A stretch of 32,000 nucleotides of DNA from assembly GCA_030429145.1 (NCBI GenBank), contig JAUIDC010000001.1:900001-932000 (forward strand), written 5' to 3'. The notes beneath the pieces are model-generated. The model ran no database searches, was not told where the DNA came from, and saw only the letters and a program-made list of their open reading frames with translations. The DNA is from Candidatus Saccharimonadota bacterium. GTDB lineage: Bacteria; Patescibacteriota; Gracilibacteria; Absconditabacterales; Absconditicoccaceae. Shown here piece after piece: positions 31,180 through 32,000 of the stretch. The translations under genes were made by a program, and so were the position numbers. Each line of letters begins with the position of its first letter. Positions within the stretch are counted from its first letter, which is position 1.

Positions 31180-32000
31180 ATGTTTGTTATCAAGAAATCT
31201 GAGAAACTCAACGGAACAGTTACCATATCATGAAGTAAAAACGCAGCACTGCCTATTATCGCAGCGAACTACCTGACAGATAATACAGTCACGCTGGATA
31301 ATGTTCCTGACATCCTCGATGTCACACGTTTACATAATATCGCGGAAAATGCGGTCAAAGCATCTGAATGAAAGGACTACTTTGACCTTACCGATCCTCT
31401 TTGCCTCAAACTAAGAGCATCGATCCTTATGGTACCATATGGACTTATTCACCATGGTGAAGTACGTTTTATCGGTGTCGGTGGATGTAAACTTGGTAAA
31501 AGATCTCTCGACACATTCGATGATGGTCTAGAACAGTGTGGTGTCTCACTCAGCTATGAAAAAAACACTAAAATCTATAAAAAAACTTCTCTCCCGAAGG
31601 ACAAGATTGTTCTCCAAGAGTTCAGCGTAACGGCAACGGAGGCTATACTTACCTATCTTGCATTTCTCTCAGATGCACAAGGTAACGAGTACACTCTCTA
31701 TCAGGCAGCTATTGAGCCACATGTACTCAATCTTATTGATTTCCTTAAAAACATTGGTGCTGATATCGAAGTAAACTACAATCATAGCATCACTATCAGA
31801 CCTCAACAGGTACAGGTCAAAGAAAACACATTTCATATCACCGGAGACTACTTAGAAGCTGGTATGTTTTTGGCTATTGGAGCAACAGCAAAGGACAGTG
31901 ATATCACTATCACGTGAGTGGACATCAAAGACTTGTTATCTGTCTTTGCTGTGTGCAAAAACATCGGCATCGACTACTCTATCATCGATCATCAAACATT
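31180..32000 (+). CDS. murA: UDP-N-acetylglucosamine 1-carboxyvinyltransferase. 5' part only, continues beyond the window.
   Basis: MFVIKKSEKLNGTVTIS-G-SKNAALPIIAANYL parallels E. coli MurA ...KLQGEVTISGAKNAALPIL, with the conserved Gly encoded by TGA at 31231..31233. Further in-frame TGA at 31369 and 31915. Contains track ORF 31429..31917. Confidence 0.95.

Noticed and set aside
1-32000. Alternative explanation of the TGA read-through as code 4 (TGA = Trp), or as pseudogenisation or sequencing error.
   Set aside because: TGA sits at invariant Gly positions in MurA, PDF, TerL and the muramidase-like motif, not at Trp positions. There are more than 100 in-frame TGA with no accompanying frameshifts or TAA/TAG disruptions, which is incompatible with decay.
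28109-32000. nusA, prfA and murA as cargo of a very large recoded phage rather than host genes.
   Set aside because: They sit with an M50 protease, FtsB-like protein, FKBP, pilin and a cell-surface protein. They use separate promoters and terminators and both strands, and they are separated from the phage block by 10 kb of non-viral genes. A host chromosome is the simpler reading.
1-32000. CRISPR arrays, rRNA genes, IS elements or transposases, integrase, and att direct repeats.
   Set aside because: I saw no spaced direct-repeat arrays, rRNA-like segments, terminal inverted repeats, or DDE or tyrosine/serine recombinase motifs on either strand. Absence from this window does not exclude them on the rest of the contig.

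Overview
This low-GC bacterial chromosomal segment can only be read under genetic code 25, where TGA encodes Gly (Gracilibacteria/Absconditabacteria-type CPR lineage). The supplied standard-code ORF track is fragmented. When TGA is read through, the fragments merge into long ORFs bounded only by TAA or TAG, and TGA falls on invariant glycines of MurA, peptide deformylase and large terminase. All coordinates below come from manual six-frame reading under that code.

Layout:
- 1..~17.7 kb: one co-directional minus-strand phage block that runs off the left edge. It holds small and large terminase, portal, scaffold, decoration-like protein, major capsid protein, an acidic HeH protein, an adaptor-like protein and four tail or virion proteins, three of them very large. 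An early-side region carries a peptide deformylase, small ORFs, a tRNA-like structured RNA and a small two-helix protein. No integrase or att repeat is visible in the window.
- 17.9..23.2 kb: orphan genes with no recognisable domains. These are a Lys-rich 79-aa protein, a 358-aa membrane-anchored protein, a 449-aa polytopic membrane protein and a convergent 742-aa protein.
- 23.3..32 kb: host envelope and housekeeping genes. These are a membrane-anchored FKBP PPIase, an FtsB/DivIC-like protein, a 934-aa secreted SGNH hydrolase with C-terminal SLH-like repeats, a divergently transcribed type IV pilin-like gene, nusA, an M50 site-2 protease, prfA (RF1) and the 5' part of murA.

No rRNA, CRISPR array or transposase was seen. 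Functional calls rest on motifs I could read by eye and on gene order. No database search was possible.
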